Program-made: the position numbers and the translations under genes
Assembly (NCBI GenBank): GCA_046329535.1
Contig: JAXLUN010000001.1
Coordinates: 514,856-578,855, forward strand
Length of the DNA stretch: 64,000 nt
From: Chitinophagales bacterium
Lineage (GTDB): Bacteria; Bacteroidota; Bacteroidia; Chitinophagales; LD1
Reading direction: 5' to 3'
Notes under the pieces: model-generated
The model's database searches: none
Told to the model about the DNA's origin: nothing
The model's input: the letters and a program-made list of their open reading frames with translations, nothing else
Shown here: positions 20,058-30,342 of the stretch, piece after piece
Numbering within the stretch: the first letter of the stretch is position 1
Layout of the letters: the number at the start of each line of letters is the position of its first letter

Positions 20058-20954
20058 ATGTCACTACTGGCCCTGCAGCACATAGTAAAACAATACGGTA
20101 ATTATATTGCCAGCAACGATATATGTTTTGAAATTCCTCGAGGAAGAATTTTTGGTCTGTTAGGGCCAAACGGAGCGGGTAAGACCACTTTAATCCGAAT
20201 GATAACGCGTATACTCTACCCAGATAGCGGTACCATTCTTTTCACTAACCAGCCACTGACAGATAAGCATACTGAAAAAATCGGCTACATGCCGGAGGAG
20301 CGGGGTTTGTATAAAAAAATGAAAGTGGGAGATCATTTGGTTTACCTTGGGCGCTTGAAAGGCTTAACGAATACACAAGCTAGAGAAAATGTAAACTACT
20401 GGCTTAAAAAATTTGACATAGAAAATTGGTATAGCAAGAACATAGAAGAGCTTTCGAAAGGAATGAGCCAAAAAGTACAGTTTATAGCCACTGTGCTTCA
20501 CCACCCTGATTTATTAATTCTGGATGAACCGTTTTCTGGTCTTGATCCTATAAATTCTAAGTTGATTGAAGATGAAATTCGTGAAATGAGTTATGCTGGG
20601 AAAACTATTATTTTCTCTACACATCGGATGGAACAGGTGGAGGAAATATGCGATGAAATTGTATTGGTAAACAAAGGGAGAAAAATTCTGGAAGGCGGTG
20701 TGAGTGAGCTCAAACACCGATTCAAACAGAATCGTTTCCATATAGTTTATGGAGGAGCAATGAACGATACCTTATTGCATAAATTGAATATAGTTGAACA
20801 ACACCCCGGTGAAGTAACCGTTCAGCTAAACGAAGCAAAGAGGGGGAATGAGTTATTAAAGATGTTCATTGAACAAGGCGTTCAGGTAACCAGTTTTAAT
20901 GAACTGTTACCAAGCATTAATGAGATATTTATTAGACAGGTTCAATCCGTATAA
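20058..20954 (+). CDS. ABC transporter ATP-binding protein (ABC-2/NatA-like)
   Basis: Walker A GPNGAGKTT, signature LSKGMSQK, Walker B LLILDEP. Confidence 0.9.
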   Translation: MSLLALQHIVKQYGNYIASNDICFEIPRGRIFGLLGPNGAGKTTLIRMITRILYPDSGTILFTNQPLTDKHTEKIGYMPEERGLYKKMKVGDHLVYLGRLKGLTNTQARENVNYWLKKFDIENWYSKNIEELSKGMSQKVQFIATVLHHPDLLILDEPFSGLDPINSKLIEDEIREMSYAGKTIIFSTHRMEQVEEICDEIVLVNKGRKILEGGVSELKHRFKQNRFHIVYGGAMNDTLLHKLNIVEQHPGEVTVQLNEAKRGNELLKMFIEQGVQVTSFNELLPSINEIFIRQVQSV

Positions 20955-22280
20955 ATGCAGAAGATACTAATTATCATACAGCGGGAATATTTGAGTAGGG
21001 TAAAGCGGAAGAGTTTTATCATAACTACCCTGTTGGCCCCAATTGGATTCTTCTTATTGATTGCCGGTTCGGCTCTGATAAGCACTTATAGTCAAAGCAG
21101 AACCGATGTAGCTATTATTGACGATAGCGGGCTTTTCAAAGATATCACTATTCCTGATGCTGAAGACCAAACGGTTTATTTTCATCAGGTGAACGATAAC
21201 TATGAGTTACTGGCCAGTTCCCTGCCAGCCGAGAAAGATAAAAAAGCAAAATATCAAGCCATTATTTATATCCCCGCCAACTTTAATATTAACTCCCCAA
21301 ATAATCCGGTAATTGCCTACCGCTACACAGAACGGCCGGGTATGATGAAGAAACAGTTTGTCAATGATCGGATGAATGAGGTAGTAGACAAACTGCGCAT
21401 GAAAATGCTAAACATTAGCGATGACGTACAAAAGCAAATGGAGAGCAAACTTCAGCTTGATTTTTCATCGCTGGATAATAAAGACGAAAAGAAAGGTTAC
21501 ACTGAAGCTGCCGGTGCTGTTGGTATGGTTATGGGTTTTGCTATTTATATTTCTCTGTTTTTTTACGGCACTATGATTATGAAAGGAGTAATGGAGGAGA
21601 AAACCAACCGTATTGTAGAGGTGCTGACTTCTTCGGTGAAACCATTCCAATTGCTGATGGGCAAAATTATTGGGGTTGGGGCTGTTGGACTAACACAGTT
21701 TATTTTATGGATTGCTCTGATATTTGTAGTGAATATCATTGCCGGACTGGTGTTTGGTGTTGCGATACATTCTTCTACATCCGGAATGGGAGCCATGCCG
21801 CAATCGAGTATTGATCAAGATGAGCTACAGGAGATTTTGAAGAACATCTCCTCGTTGCCATTTACACAGATAGTATCTCTGTTTCCACTTTATTTTCTGG
21901 GCGGATTTCTTTTATACGGCTCTTTATTTGCTGCTGTTGGTGCCGCTATGGGAGAAGATGGTGATCAGCAATCGCTCATGGTGCCCATTACGGTTCCAAT
22001 CATCTTATCCATATTTATAGCCATTAACGTTATTAATAATCCAGACAGCATATTAGGGTTCTGGGGCTCTATAATTCCATTTACCTCTCCGGTTGTAATG
22101 AGTGCCCTTTTGCCATTTAATCCGCCATGGTGGCAAATTGCCATTTCATTGATCATGCTGATGGCAGGCTTTGTGTTTACCACTTATCTGGCGGCAAAAA
22201 TCTATCGTATGGGCATTTTGATGTATGGCAAAAAGGTAAGTCTGAAAGAAATTGGTCGCTGGATTTTCAAATCGGCATAA
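20955..22280 (+). CDS. ABC-2 family transporter permease (NatB-like)
   Basis: Starts immediately after the ATPase stop. One N-terminal transmembrane helix, a large extracytoplasmic loop, then about 5 C-terminal transmembrane helices. Confidence 0.75.
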   Translation: MQKILIIIQREYLSRVKRKSFIITTLLAPIGFFLLIAGSALISTYSQSRTDVAIIDDSGLFKDITIPDAEDQTVYFHQVNDNYELLASSLPAEKDKKAKYQAIIYIPANFNINSPNNPVIAYRYTERPGMMKKQFVNDRMNEVVDKLRMKMLNISDDVQKQMESKLQLDFSSLDNKDEKKGYTEAAGAVGMVMGFAIYISLFFYGTMIMKGVMEEKTNRIVEVLTSSVKPFQLLMGKIIGVGAVGLTQFILWIALIFVVNIIAGLVFGVAIHSSTSGMGAMPQSSIDQDELQEILKNISSLPFTQIVSLFPLYFLGGFLLYGSLFAAVGAAMGEDGDQQSLMVPITVPIILSIFIAINVINNPDSILGFWGSIIPFTSPVVMSALLPFNPPWWQIAISLIMLMAGFVFTTYLAAKIYRMGILMYGKKVSLKEIGRWIFKSA

Positions 22281-22322
22281 AACTTGACACAACGCTACAA
22301 ATACTTTAAACTCAACTATATT

Positions 22323-23213
22323 ATGAAACAGAATTTCTTGATTTCTACCCTGCTTATTGCCTCTTCCGCCTTATTTGCACAAAAACCTGTTACTGTTGAA
22401 GAATCTTCTCGTACATTTAGTAAGGGGTCAGCAACTGCTTATTCAGCTACCATTCCGCAAAGCACTTTAAAAGATGCTGAAAAAGACTGGATGAAGTATA
22501 TTGCAAGTGGCAGTAAATTGAAAACTACATTGGTTAATGGAGAGTATATTTTGCTGGGGGCGGTGAATAAAAATGTATCTCCCAATCCATTTAATGTTTA
22601 CAGCAAACTTCTGGAAACTACCGAGGGTATAAACCTGACTGTTTGGCTCACTGAAAACGATACGGTATTTATCTCGAAAGAGTTAAGTCCTGACAAAGCA
22701 CTAGCCGCAGAAAAATTTGTTCGTGACTTTGTAGTTCAGGAATATCGTGAAACAGTGGACGCGGAACTGAAGACTGAAAACAACAAATTAGAAGCTTTGG
22801 AAAAAGAAAAGGATAACCTAATTAAAGCGGAAGAAAAGTCGGCCAAAAAAATAAGTGAAGCACAGAGGTCAATTCAAAAATCTAAAGACAATATCAACTC
22901 CGGGAATGCCGAATTGCAAAACCTTTCTTACAAGATAAGCAGCCAGAAAAGCATGGTAGAGCGTACTGCATCAGACCAGAATGCCAATAAAGGGGCCAAA
23001 CAAACAATGAAAGAGTTGGAAAGTGAAAAGAAGAAACTTCAAAAAGGAATTGAAACTCAAAACAAGAACATCGATTCTATGAATAAACAGATTCGTGATG
23101 AAGAAAGAAACCTGGCAGAAGGGAAAGAACAACAGAAGTCAAAAATTGCTGAAATTGAAAAACAAAAGCAGGTTGTTTTGGCTGTGCAAACCAAACTTGA
23201 AAACATCAAATAG
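22323..23213 (+). CDS. Secreted coiled-coil protein, unknown function
   Basis: Signal peptide MKQNFLISTLLIASSALFA. The C-terminal half is Lys/Glu/Gln-rich with heptad-like periodicity. Confidence 0.55.
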   Translation: MKQNFLISTLLIASSALFAQKPVTVEESSRTFSKGSATAYSATIPQSTLKDAEKDWMKYIASGSKLKTTLVNGEYILLGAVNKNVSPNPFNVYSKLLETTEGINLTVWLTENDTVFISKELSPDKALAAEKFVRDFVVQEYRETVDAELKTENNKLEALEKEKDNLIKAEEKSAKKISEAQRSIQKSKDNINSGNAELQNLSYKISSQKSMVERTASDQNANKGAKQTMKELESEKKKLQKGIETQNKNIDSMNKQIRDEERNLAEGKEQQKSKIAEIEKQKQVVLAVQTKLENIK

Positions 23214-23231
23214 AAGCAATTAAAATACAGC

Positions 23232-23271
23232 AGGGCGCAATCTTATTCGTATGATTGCGCCCTTATTTTTT
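23232..23271 (+). terminator. Rho-independent terminator
   Basis: Stem agggcgcaatc (23232-23242) / gattgcgccct (23253-23263), followed by tatttttt. Confidence 0.8.
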
Positions 23272-23311
23272 ATGGTTTAGAAATTATTTTCTTTGTTTAA
23301 TAATAAACGCA

Positions 23312-24172
23312 ATGAAAGGAATTATACTCGCAGGAGGTTCCGGCACCCGACTTTATCCTATTACATATGCTATCAGTAAGCAGATAATGCCGATTTACGA
23401 TAAGCCCATGATCTATTATCCGTTATCAGTTTTGATGAAAGCGGGTATTCATGAGATTTTGATTATCTCAACACCTACCGATTTACCCAATTTTGAAAGA
23501 TTGCTGGGTGACGGTAAAAAATTTGGCTGTAGTTTTTCTTATAAGGTTCAGGAAATTCCAAATGGACTTGCTCAGGCATTTGTATTGGGTAAAGAATTTA
23601 TTGGTAATGATAAAGTCGCTTTGATTTTAGGTGATAATATTTTTTATGGTAGCGGGTTAGATCAACTTCTAAAAGCTAATGCGAATCCAAACGGAGGGGT
23701 GGTTTTTGCTTATCATGTAAGTGACCCCGATAGATACGGTGTGGTAGAATTTGATAAAAGCGGCAAAGCCATTTCTATTGAGGAGAAACCGAAAGAACCT
23801 AAAAGCAATTATGCTGTTCCGGGTCTTTATTTCTACGACAATACGGTAGTAGAAATAGCTAAAAAACTTAAGCCAAGTGCTAGAGGAGAATATGAAATTA
23901 CCGATGTAAATAAAGAGTACCTAAGTAAGGGTAGCCTGCAGGTTGGTATTCTGGACAGGGGAACTGCGTGGTTAGATACAGGCACATTTGATTCACTTAT
24001 GCAGGCGTCTCAGTTTGTGCAGGTAATAGAGCAACGCCAGGGCTTAAAAGTGGGGTGCATTGAAGAGGAGGCTTGGAGACAGGGATTTATTTCTACAGAA
24101 CAGTTACGCACTTTGGCAGAACCACTTTTAAAAAGCGGATATGGAAAGTATTTGCTGGAACTTATTTCGTAA
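23312..24172 (+). CDS. rfbA: Glucose-1-phosphate thymidylyltransferase
   Basis: [18 protein letters not shown] at the N-terminus, YGVVEFD, about 287 aa from the ATG at 23312. Confidence 0.9.
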   Translation: MKGIILAGGSGTRLYPITYAISKQIMPIYDKPMIYYPLSVLMKAGIHEILIISTPTDLPNFERLLGDGKKFGCSFSYKVQEIPNGLAQAFVLGKEFIGNDKVALILGDNIFYGSGLDQLLKANANPNGGVVFAYHVSDPDRYGVVEFDKSGKAISIEEKPKEPKSNYAVPGLYFYDNTVVEIAKKLKPSARGEYEITDVNKEYLSKGSLQVGILDRGTAWLDTGTFDSLMQASQFVQVIEQRQGLKVGCIEEEAWRQGFISTEQLRTLAEPLLKSGYGKYLLELIS

Positions 24173-24190
24173 TTAACAATTGTATAGCGT

Positions 24191-25144
24191 ATGATGACCT
24201 CTTTTAAAAATAAAATATTGGTGACCGGTGGAGCCGGATTTGTGGGTAGTACCATGGTAGACAAATTGATTGAGAACCCGGATAATTTTGTACTTATTCT
24301 GGATAATCTCTCTACCGGAAACATCAGCCGTTTACCGGCTAATAATCCTCTTGGAAACTGGAAGTTTGTAAAGTGCGATGTCAATTCTTATCGAGACATA
24401 GCGGCTATCATGACTTCCTACAATTTTGATTATGTATTTCACTATGCTGCTGTGGTAGGAGTAAAAAGAACATTGGATAATCCGGTATCGGTTTTAAACG
24501 ATATTAATGGATTCAAGTATGTGCTTGATTTAAGCAAGAATACAGGTATAAAGAGAATTTTCTTTTCATCATCATCAGAGGTTTACGGAGAGCCGTTTGA
24601 GCATCCGCAAAACGAAATGACAACTCCGCTTAACTCGCGCTTACCATATGCCGTAGTAAAAAATGTGGGAGAATCATTTTTGAAAAGTTACAAGCAGGAG
24701 TTTGATCTGGATTATACTATTTTCCGTTTTTTCAACACCTATGGGCCCAAGCAAAGCAGCGATTTTGTAATGACACGTTTTATTAAGGCAGCCTTGGACA
24801 ATAAACCAATTACCGTATATGGCGATGGTTCACAAACCCGCACATTCTGTTATCGAGATGATAATGTGGAAGCCTGTGTAAGAACTTTGTACGATAGCCT
24901 CCATGTAAACGATACGGTGAATATTGGTAGTGATTTTGAAATTTCAGTAATTGATTTGGCAAAATTGATTATTAAAATAACGAACTCAAAATCTGAAGTA
25001 ATTCACCTGCCAGCGTTAACCGAAGGAGATATGACCAGGCGTAAACCCGATATTGCCAAAATGCATGCATTGCTCAATCGACCTATGACAACTTTAGAAG
25101 AGGGCATCCGCAAAACTATCGAGAGCGGATTGTATAATTTCTAA
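24191..25144 (+). CDS. NAD-dependent epimerase/dehydratase (UDP-glucuronate decarboxylase-like SDR)
   Basis: Rossmann motif VTGGAGFVGS, catalytic YxxxK (YAVVK), about 317 aa. Confidence 0.75.
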   Translation: MMTSFKNKILVTGGAGFVGSTMVDKLIENPDNFVLILDNLSTGNISRLPANNPLGNWKFVKCDVNSYRDIAAIMTSYNFDYVFHYAAVVGVKRTLDNPVSVLNDINGFKYVLDLSKNTGIKRIFFSSSSEVYGEPFEHPQNEMTTPLNSRLPYAVVKNVGESFLKSYKQEFDLDYTIFRFFNTYGPKQSSDFVMTRFIKAALDNKPITVYGDGSQTRTFCYRDDNVEACVRTLYDSLHVNDTVNIGSDFEISVIDLAKLIIKITNSKSEVIHLPALTEGDMTRRKPDIAKMHALLNRPMTTLEEGIRKTIESGLYNF

Positions 25145-25146
25145 GC

Positions 25147-26169
25147 ATGGCAAAGATACTTGTTACCGGAGGTTGCGGCTACATTGGTTCGCATACTATT
25201 GTCGATTTGCTGGATAATGGTTTTGAAGTGGTGAGTATTGACAGCAATATCCGCTCTAAGGCCGAAACTGTAGAGCGTATTTTCAGTATTACTCAACAAC
25301 GAATCATCAATCATTCGATTGATTTATGTGATAAAGAAGCTACGCGCAAAGTTTTTCGGGAAAATAAATTTGATGGCATTATCCATTTTGCCGCATTAAA
25401 ATCGGTTCCGGAGTCGGTGCATAAGCCCTTGATGTATTACAAGAATAATCTCAATTCACTCATCAATCTTCTTGAACTGGCAGACGAATTTGATGTGAGA
25501 AATTTTGTTTTCTCTTCATCGTGTTCTGTTTACGGCAATACTACCCAGTTGCCGGTTACTGAAGAAACTTCTTTTGAGAAAGCCGAATCACCCTATGCCC
25601 ATACTAAGCAATTGGGTGAAGATATTATTCAGGCTCATGCCAAAGTAGCGAAGGGAAATTTTATTCTGCTGCGTTACTTTAACCCGGTAGGGGCTCATGA
25701 AAGCGGAAAAATGGGAGAAGATACCACCGATGTGATTACTGCGATTGTTCCGCGCATAACCGGAACGGCCATCGGTAAGTATCCGTCATTTACTGTATTT
25801 GGAACAGATTATGATACACGCGATGGTTCGTGTGTGCGCGATTACATCCACGTAATGGATATAGCTCATGCACACACCAGAGCTATGATATATGCAGAGG
25901 GTTCTAAGAAATCAGAACATGGTAACACGGAGATATTTAATCTGGGCACAGGAAATGGTGTAACTGTTCTGGAGGCCATAAAATCTTTTGAAAAAGTTTC
26001 GGGGCAAAAACTGAATTATACATTAGGTCCGCGAAGAGATGGCGATGTGGTTTCTATTTATGCCAACAATAATAAAGCCGTCTCTGCACTGAATTGGCAG
26101 ATTAAGCGCAATCTAGACACTATGATGAAGACCGCCTGGGCTTGGGAGAAGGCTATGGCCACAAACTAA
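25147..26169 (+). CDS. galE: UDP-glucose 4-epimerase
   Basis: VTGGCGYIGSH, YAHTKQ (YxxxK), VRDYIHVMD, 340 aa. Confidence 0.9.
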   Translation: MAKILVTGGCGYIGSHTIVDLLDNGFEVVSIDSNIRSKAETVERIFSITQQRIINHSIDLCDKEATRKVFRENKFDGIIHFAALKSVPESVHKPLMYYKNNLNSLINLLELADEFDVRNFVFSSSCSVYGNTTQLPVTEETSFEKAESPYAHTKQLGEDIIQAHAKVAKGNFILLRYFNPVGAHESGKMGEDTTDVITAIVPRITGTAIGKYPSFTVFGTDYDTRDGSCVRDYIHVMDIAHAHTRAMIYAEGSKKSEHGNTEIFNLGTGNGVTVLEAIKSFEKVSGQKLNYTLGPRRDGDVVSIYANNNKAVSALNWQIKRNLDTMMKTAWAWEKAMATN

Positions 26170-26249
26170 TTCAGATTTCTGCTGTCCTTTTATCGTCCAC
26201 TCTCCACATATATCTATTTATAACTGTACAGATAGCGGAAGCACATTGG

Positions 26250-27722
26250 ATGTATTTTGGCAAGATGTCAGCTACATTAATCTTAGCATTTGTATTAGTC
26301 TATTTTGCTCTTTTGCTCGGTATAGCTTTTTATACTTCCCGAGGAGCAACTGATGAGACTTTCTATATAGGGCAGAAAAAAAGTAATTGGCTCTTGGTGG
26401 CTTATGGAATGATTGGCACTTCGCTAAGTGGAGTTACTTATATGAGTGTGCCGGGCGAAGTAAACGCAAAGGGCTTCGCCTATATGCAGGTGGTTATTGG
26501 TTATTTCATTGGCTATATGGTTGTGGCATTTGTGCTGCTACCTTTGTATTACAAGCTAAATCTCACATCTATATACAGTTACCTGAAAACCCGTTTTGGT
26601 AATACATCATACAAAACAGGGGCTTCGTTTTTTATTTTATCACGCACATTGGGGGCTTCTATCCGGATATATCTGGTGCTGATGGTTCTGCAGCATTTTC
26701 TGCTCGATGGGCTTAATATTCCCTTCGCTGTTTCAGTGTTTGTTATACTATTGATGATACTACTGTATACTTTCAATGGTGGTGTAAAGACGATTGTATG
26801 GACGGATACATTACAAACCACCGGCATGATTCTGGCTCTGGTTATCACTATTTATCTCATTACCACTGAACTCAATTTTTCGGTTGGAACCTTGCTGGCG
26901 CATGTGAGCAACAAGGACTACACAAAGATATTTCAAACCGAAGACTGGCTGGCTGGCAACTTTTTTATCAAGCAGATTTTAGGTGGTGCATTTGTCACTA
27001 TTACCATGACTGGCTTAGATCAGGAAATGATGCAGAAAAATATTTCAGTAAAAACACTGGGCGAGAGCCAAAAGAACATGATTTTCTTTTCGGTTATACT
27101 GGTAGCTGTTAATCTACTTTTTCTTATACTAGGTGCTGCACTTTATATTTTTTTGGAGGCAAAAGGTGTTTCATTTCCAGCTAAAACCGATGAGACATTT
27201 TCCTTTGTTGCATTACAATATTTACCTCCAGTAGCCGGATTGATTTTTATCATTGGACTAGTCAGTGCTTTATTCCCGAGTGCAGATGGTGCCTTAACGG
27301 CACTTACTTCTTCTTTCTGTATCGATATTCTCGGCTTAAAAGAAAGAGCCGACATGAATGTGGAGCAAAAATCAAGAACCCGTAAAACGGTGCATATCAG
27401 TATAACCTTAATTTTTGTATTGCTGATTCTGCTATATCAAAAAATTATCGAGGCCTCGGTTATCTCTACTATATTGAAAGTAGCCGGCTATACCTACGGT
27501 CCTTTACTGGGTTTGTTTGCATTTGGCATACTCACTAAGCGGAAACCCAAAGAAATACTGGTTCCGGTAATCTGTTTGCTGTCACCGGTAATCTGTTATG
27601 TGTTATCTGAAAACTCGAAAGCGTGGTTGGGTGGCTATCAGTTCGGCTTTGAGCTGTTAATGCTCAACGGATTTATAACATATATGGGACTATTAGCGTT
27701 CTCTAAGCAGCAAGCCAGTTAA
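26250..27722 (+). CDS. Sodium:solute symporter (SSF) family transporter
   Basis: Polytopic, about 13 transmembrane helices, with the SSF-like motif GGVKTIVWTDTLQT. The ATG at 26250 or 26265 is preferred over the ORF-track start inside galE. Confidence 0.7.
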   Translation: MYFGKMSATLILAFVLVYFALLLGIAFYTSRGATDETFYIGQKKSNWLLVAYGMIGTSLSGVTYMSVPGEVNAKGFAYMQVVIGYFIGYMVVAFVLLPLYYKLNLTSIYSYLKTRFGNTSYKTGASFFILSRTLGASIRIYLVLMVLQHFLLDGLNIPFAVSVFVILLMILLYTFNGGVKTIVWTDTLQTTGMILALVITIYLITTELNFSVGTLLAHVSNKDYTKIFQTEDWLAGNFFIKQILGGAFVTITMTGLDQEMMQKNISVKTLGESQKNMIFFSVILVAVNLLFLILGAALYIFLEAKGVSFPAKTDETFSFVALQYLPPVAGLIFIIGLVSALFPSADGALTALTSSFCIDILGLKERADMNVEQKSRTRKTVHISITLIFVLLILLYQKIIEASVISTILKVAGYTYGPLLGLFAFGILTKRKPKEILVPVICLLSPVICYVLSENSKAWLGGYQFGFELLMLNGFITYMGLLAFSKQQAS

Positions 27723-27782
27723 CTCTACGGTTATATAATATCTGTATACTAATAACAATTGCTAATCTCAAAATCATCTGAT

Positions 27783-28466
27783 ATGAAAAAGAAAAACTGG
27801 AACGAACTGAAAGCTGAATCAAGCTGGCGTATGTTTAAAATTATGAGCGAGTTTGTTGATGGTTTCGAAAATATGGAGCGTTTCGGTCCATGCATTTCTA
27901 TATTTGGAAGTGCTCGCACCAAGCCAGAAAATAAATACTATCAACTAGCTGAAGTAATTGCTGAAAAATTGTCCAAGGAAGGTTACGGTATTATCACGGG
28001 CGGGGGGCCTGGTATTATGGAGGCAGGTAATAAGGGTGCCAAGCAGGCTAAAGGTCGCAGTGTTGGTTTACATATAGAGTTGGATTTTGAACAGGACTGG
28101 AATGAGTATATAGACACCGATAAGTTGCTCATATTTAAATATTTCTTTGCGCGAAAGGTGATGTTCATTCGGTACGCACAGGCTTTTGTATTTATGCCGG
28201 GTGGCTTTGGCACTATGGACGAAATGTTCGAAGTACTTACACTGGTGCAAACCAAGAAGATAAGTCATGTTCCTATGATTTTTGTTGGCAGCGACTACTG
28301 GAAGGGCCTTTTAGACTGGATTAAAAACACCATGCTCGAAAAGGAAAATAATATCCATGCTAAAGACCTGAAACTGTTTCATGTTACCGATGACCCTGCT
28401 AAGGTGGTGAAGATTATCAATCAGCATTACAAGCAAACTGCCCTTAAACCGAACTACACACTTTAA
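27783..28466 (+). CDS. LOG-family (TIGR00730) nucleotide 5'-monophosphate nucleosidase
   Basis: Motifs GGGPGIMEAGNKGA and PGGFGTMDEMFE. Confidence 0.85.
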   Translation: MKKKNWNELKAESSWRMFKIMSEFVDGFENMERFGPCISIFGSARTKPENKYYQLAEVIAEKLSKEGYGIITGGGPGIMEAGNKGAKQAKGRSVGLHIELDFEQDWNEYIDTDKLLIFKYFFARKVMFIRYAQAFVFMPGGFGTMDEMFEVLTLVQTKKISHVPMIFVGSDYWKGLLDWIKNTMLEKENNIHAKDLKLFHVTDDPAKVVKIINQHYKQTALKPNYTL

Positions 28467-28481
28467 GCAGCTTTGCAAAGT

Positions 28482-30272
28482 ATGATGAACTCGGTAAGAC
28501 ATATACTCTTTCTGGTATTTATTCTATTGCTGAACGGCTCTTTTCATTCTGCACCGGAAAGAACCCCTCCCATGATTTATGCATCATTGCCGGTTCTTGA
28601 TTCGGTATTTATGCCCGATTTAGAACAACTTCCCTCAAATTACTTCCAATCACCGCTGGATGTACCGTTAACTATTGTAGGTAATTTTGGCGAGCCACGA
28701 AGAGCACACTTTCATACCGGCCTCGATTTTAGAACTAATCAGGAAGAGGGGCACGTGGTGTTTGCAACAGCCGATGGATATATTTCCCGAATCAATGTGT
28801 CCGGAGCGGGTTATGGCAATGCTCTTTATATCACCCACCCCAATGGTTTTGTAACTGTGTATGGACACTTGTTGAAGTTTCATCCACGCATAGAAAAGCG
28901 ATTAAGAGCAGAACAATACGCCAAAGAGAATTTTACAGTAGATTTCAATCTGCAGGTCAATGAAATTGCTGTGAAGCAGGGAGACACGATTGCTTTTAGT
29001 GGAAACACCGGGGGGAGCGGTGGTCCGCATTTGCACTTTGAAATACGCGATAGTCTGGAGCGCATTTATAACCCGATGTTATTTGACTATAAATTGAAAG
29101 ACAACATTAAGCCGACAATCAGCTACCTGAAGTTTTATCCTCTGGATGCGTTAAAGAATAAGTGCGATGGATACCGCATAAAGCCGGTTGGAAAACTGGG
29201 GCAGTATGAAATACCTACCGGCACCGTTAAATTGAATGATAAACTTGTAGGGATTTCTGTCAATGCTTATGATGGTATTAATCTGTCGGAATCGCATATT
29301 GGTATATACAATATGACCGCCTTTGATGGCGATAAAATGATTTACGAGTTTCAGATAGACCGAATTGCTTTTACCGATAAGCGCACGGTGTTCAGCCATA
29401 TAGATTATCCGGTTTTTATGCACGAGGGAAAAAAGAGTTTTCACAAAGCCTTTAAAGACCCAGGAAACAACTGCCCTGTTTATTCTAATTTGCAAAACAG
29501 AGGGATGGTTGATTTAAGTGACGGTAAGGTACATCGCCTGCATATAGAAATAAGTGATTTTGCCGGCAATGTATCGGCTGTTAAGTTCAACTTACAGTAT
29601 GACCCTGCCAGCATACTCTTTAAGGAAACTCCATTCCGCTACACCACCAAATTTGATTACGACCATTTCAATGAATTCTCTAACTCTGACATTTCTCTTA
29701 AAATTCCTGCGGGTTGTTTGTTCGATGATGTTTATTTCAATTACTCGTCTGTTGTTTCGGTTGATCCATCCATCTTCTCCAAAGTACATCAGTTAGATAA
29801 CAGCAACACCCTGAGCAACGACTGGTTCGACCTTTCTATTAAAGTAGAAAACCTGGCGACTGCTTTGAATGATAAAGCCATTATAGTCTACAAAGGAAGT
29901 GATGGTGTAGCGACTGCCCGGGGGGGTAAATATGAAAAAGGGTTTATAACCACTCGTGCCCGTGACTTTGGTAGTTACTATATACGCATAGATACCACTG
30001 CACCCAAAATAAGTCCGCTCAATGTACTGCCTGGCAGAAATATGCGGAACTACAAAAAATTACTTTTTAAAATAACCGATAACCTGAGTGGCATTACCGA
30101 TTTTGATACTTACCTGGACGGTCAATGGATAGTAACTGAATACGATGCCAAAACTTTCACGTTGTTCCATTACCTGAATCCATCTCTTGCTGCTGGCGAG
30201 CACACCTTTAAAGTAGTGGTAACCGATGAGCGTAATAATCGGAGTGAGTATTCGGTTAGTTTTTTGATGTAG
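28482..30272 (+). CDS. M23-family metallopeptidase with a large C-terminal extension
   Basis: HFHTGLDF (HxxxD) and GGPHLHFEIR (HxH) motifs, with an N-terminal signal or anchor. Confidence 0.8.
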   Translation: MMNSVRHILFLVFILLLNGSFHSAPERTPPMIYASLPVLDSVFMPDLEQLPSNYFQSPLDVPLTIVGNFGEPRRAHFHTGLDFRTNQEEGHVVFATADGYISRINVSGAGYGNALYITHPNGFVTVYGHLLKFHPRIEKRLRAEQYAKENFTVDFNLQVNEIAVKQGDTIAFSGNTGGSGGPHLHFEIRDSLERIYNPMLFDYKLKDNIKPTISYLKFYPLDALKNKCDGYRIKPVGKLGQYEIPTGTVKLNDKLVGISVNAYDGINLSESHIGIYNMTAFDGDKMIYEFQIDRIAFTDKRTVFSHIDYPVFMHEGKKSFHKAFKDPGNNCPVYSNLQNRGMVDLSDGKVHRLHIEISDFAGNVSAVKFNLQYDPASILFKETPFRYTTKFDYDHFNEFSNSDISLKIPAGCLFDDVYFNYSSVVSVDPSIFSKVHQLDNSNTLSNDWFDLSIKVENLATALNDKAIIVYKGSDGVATARGGKYEKGFITTRARDFGSYYIRIDTTAPKISPLNVLPGRNMRNYKKLLFKITDNLSGITDFDTYLDGQWIVTEYDAKTFTLFHYLNPSLAAGEHTFKVVVTDERNNRSEYSVSFLM

Positions 30273-30342
30273 TGTGGATGCCCCTATGCTATACAATCCT
30301 GACCCTCATTTTTAAATTTCTGTAATTTCACATGAACAAAAG

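Noticed and set aside
24010-24384. A 124-aa minus-strand ORF spanning the rfbA/epimerase junction.
   Set aside because: It overlaps two well-supported plus-strand genes and has no motifs.
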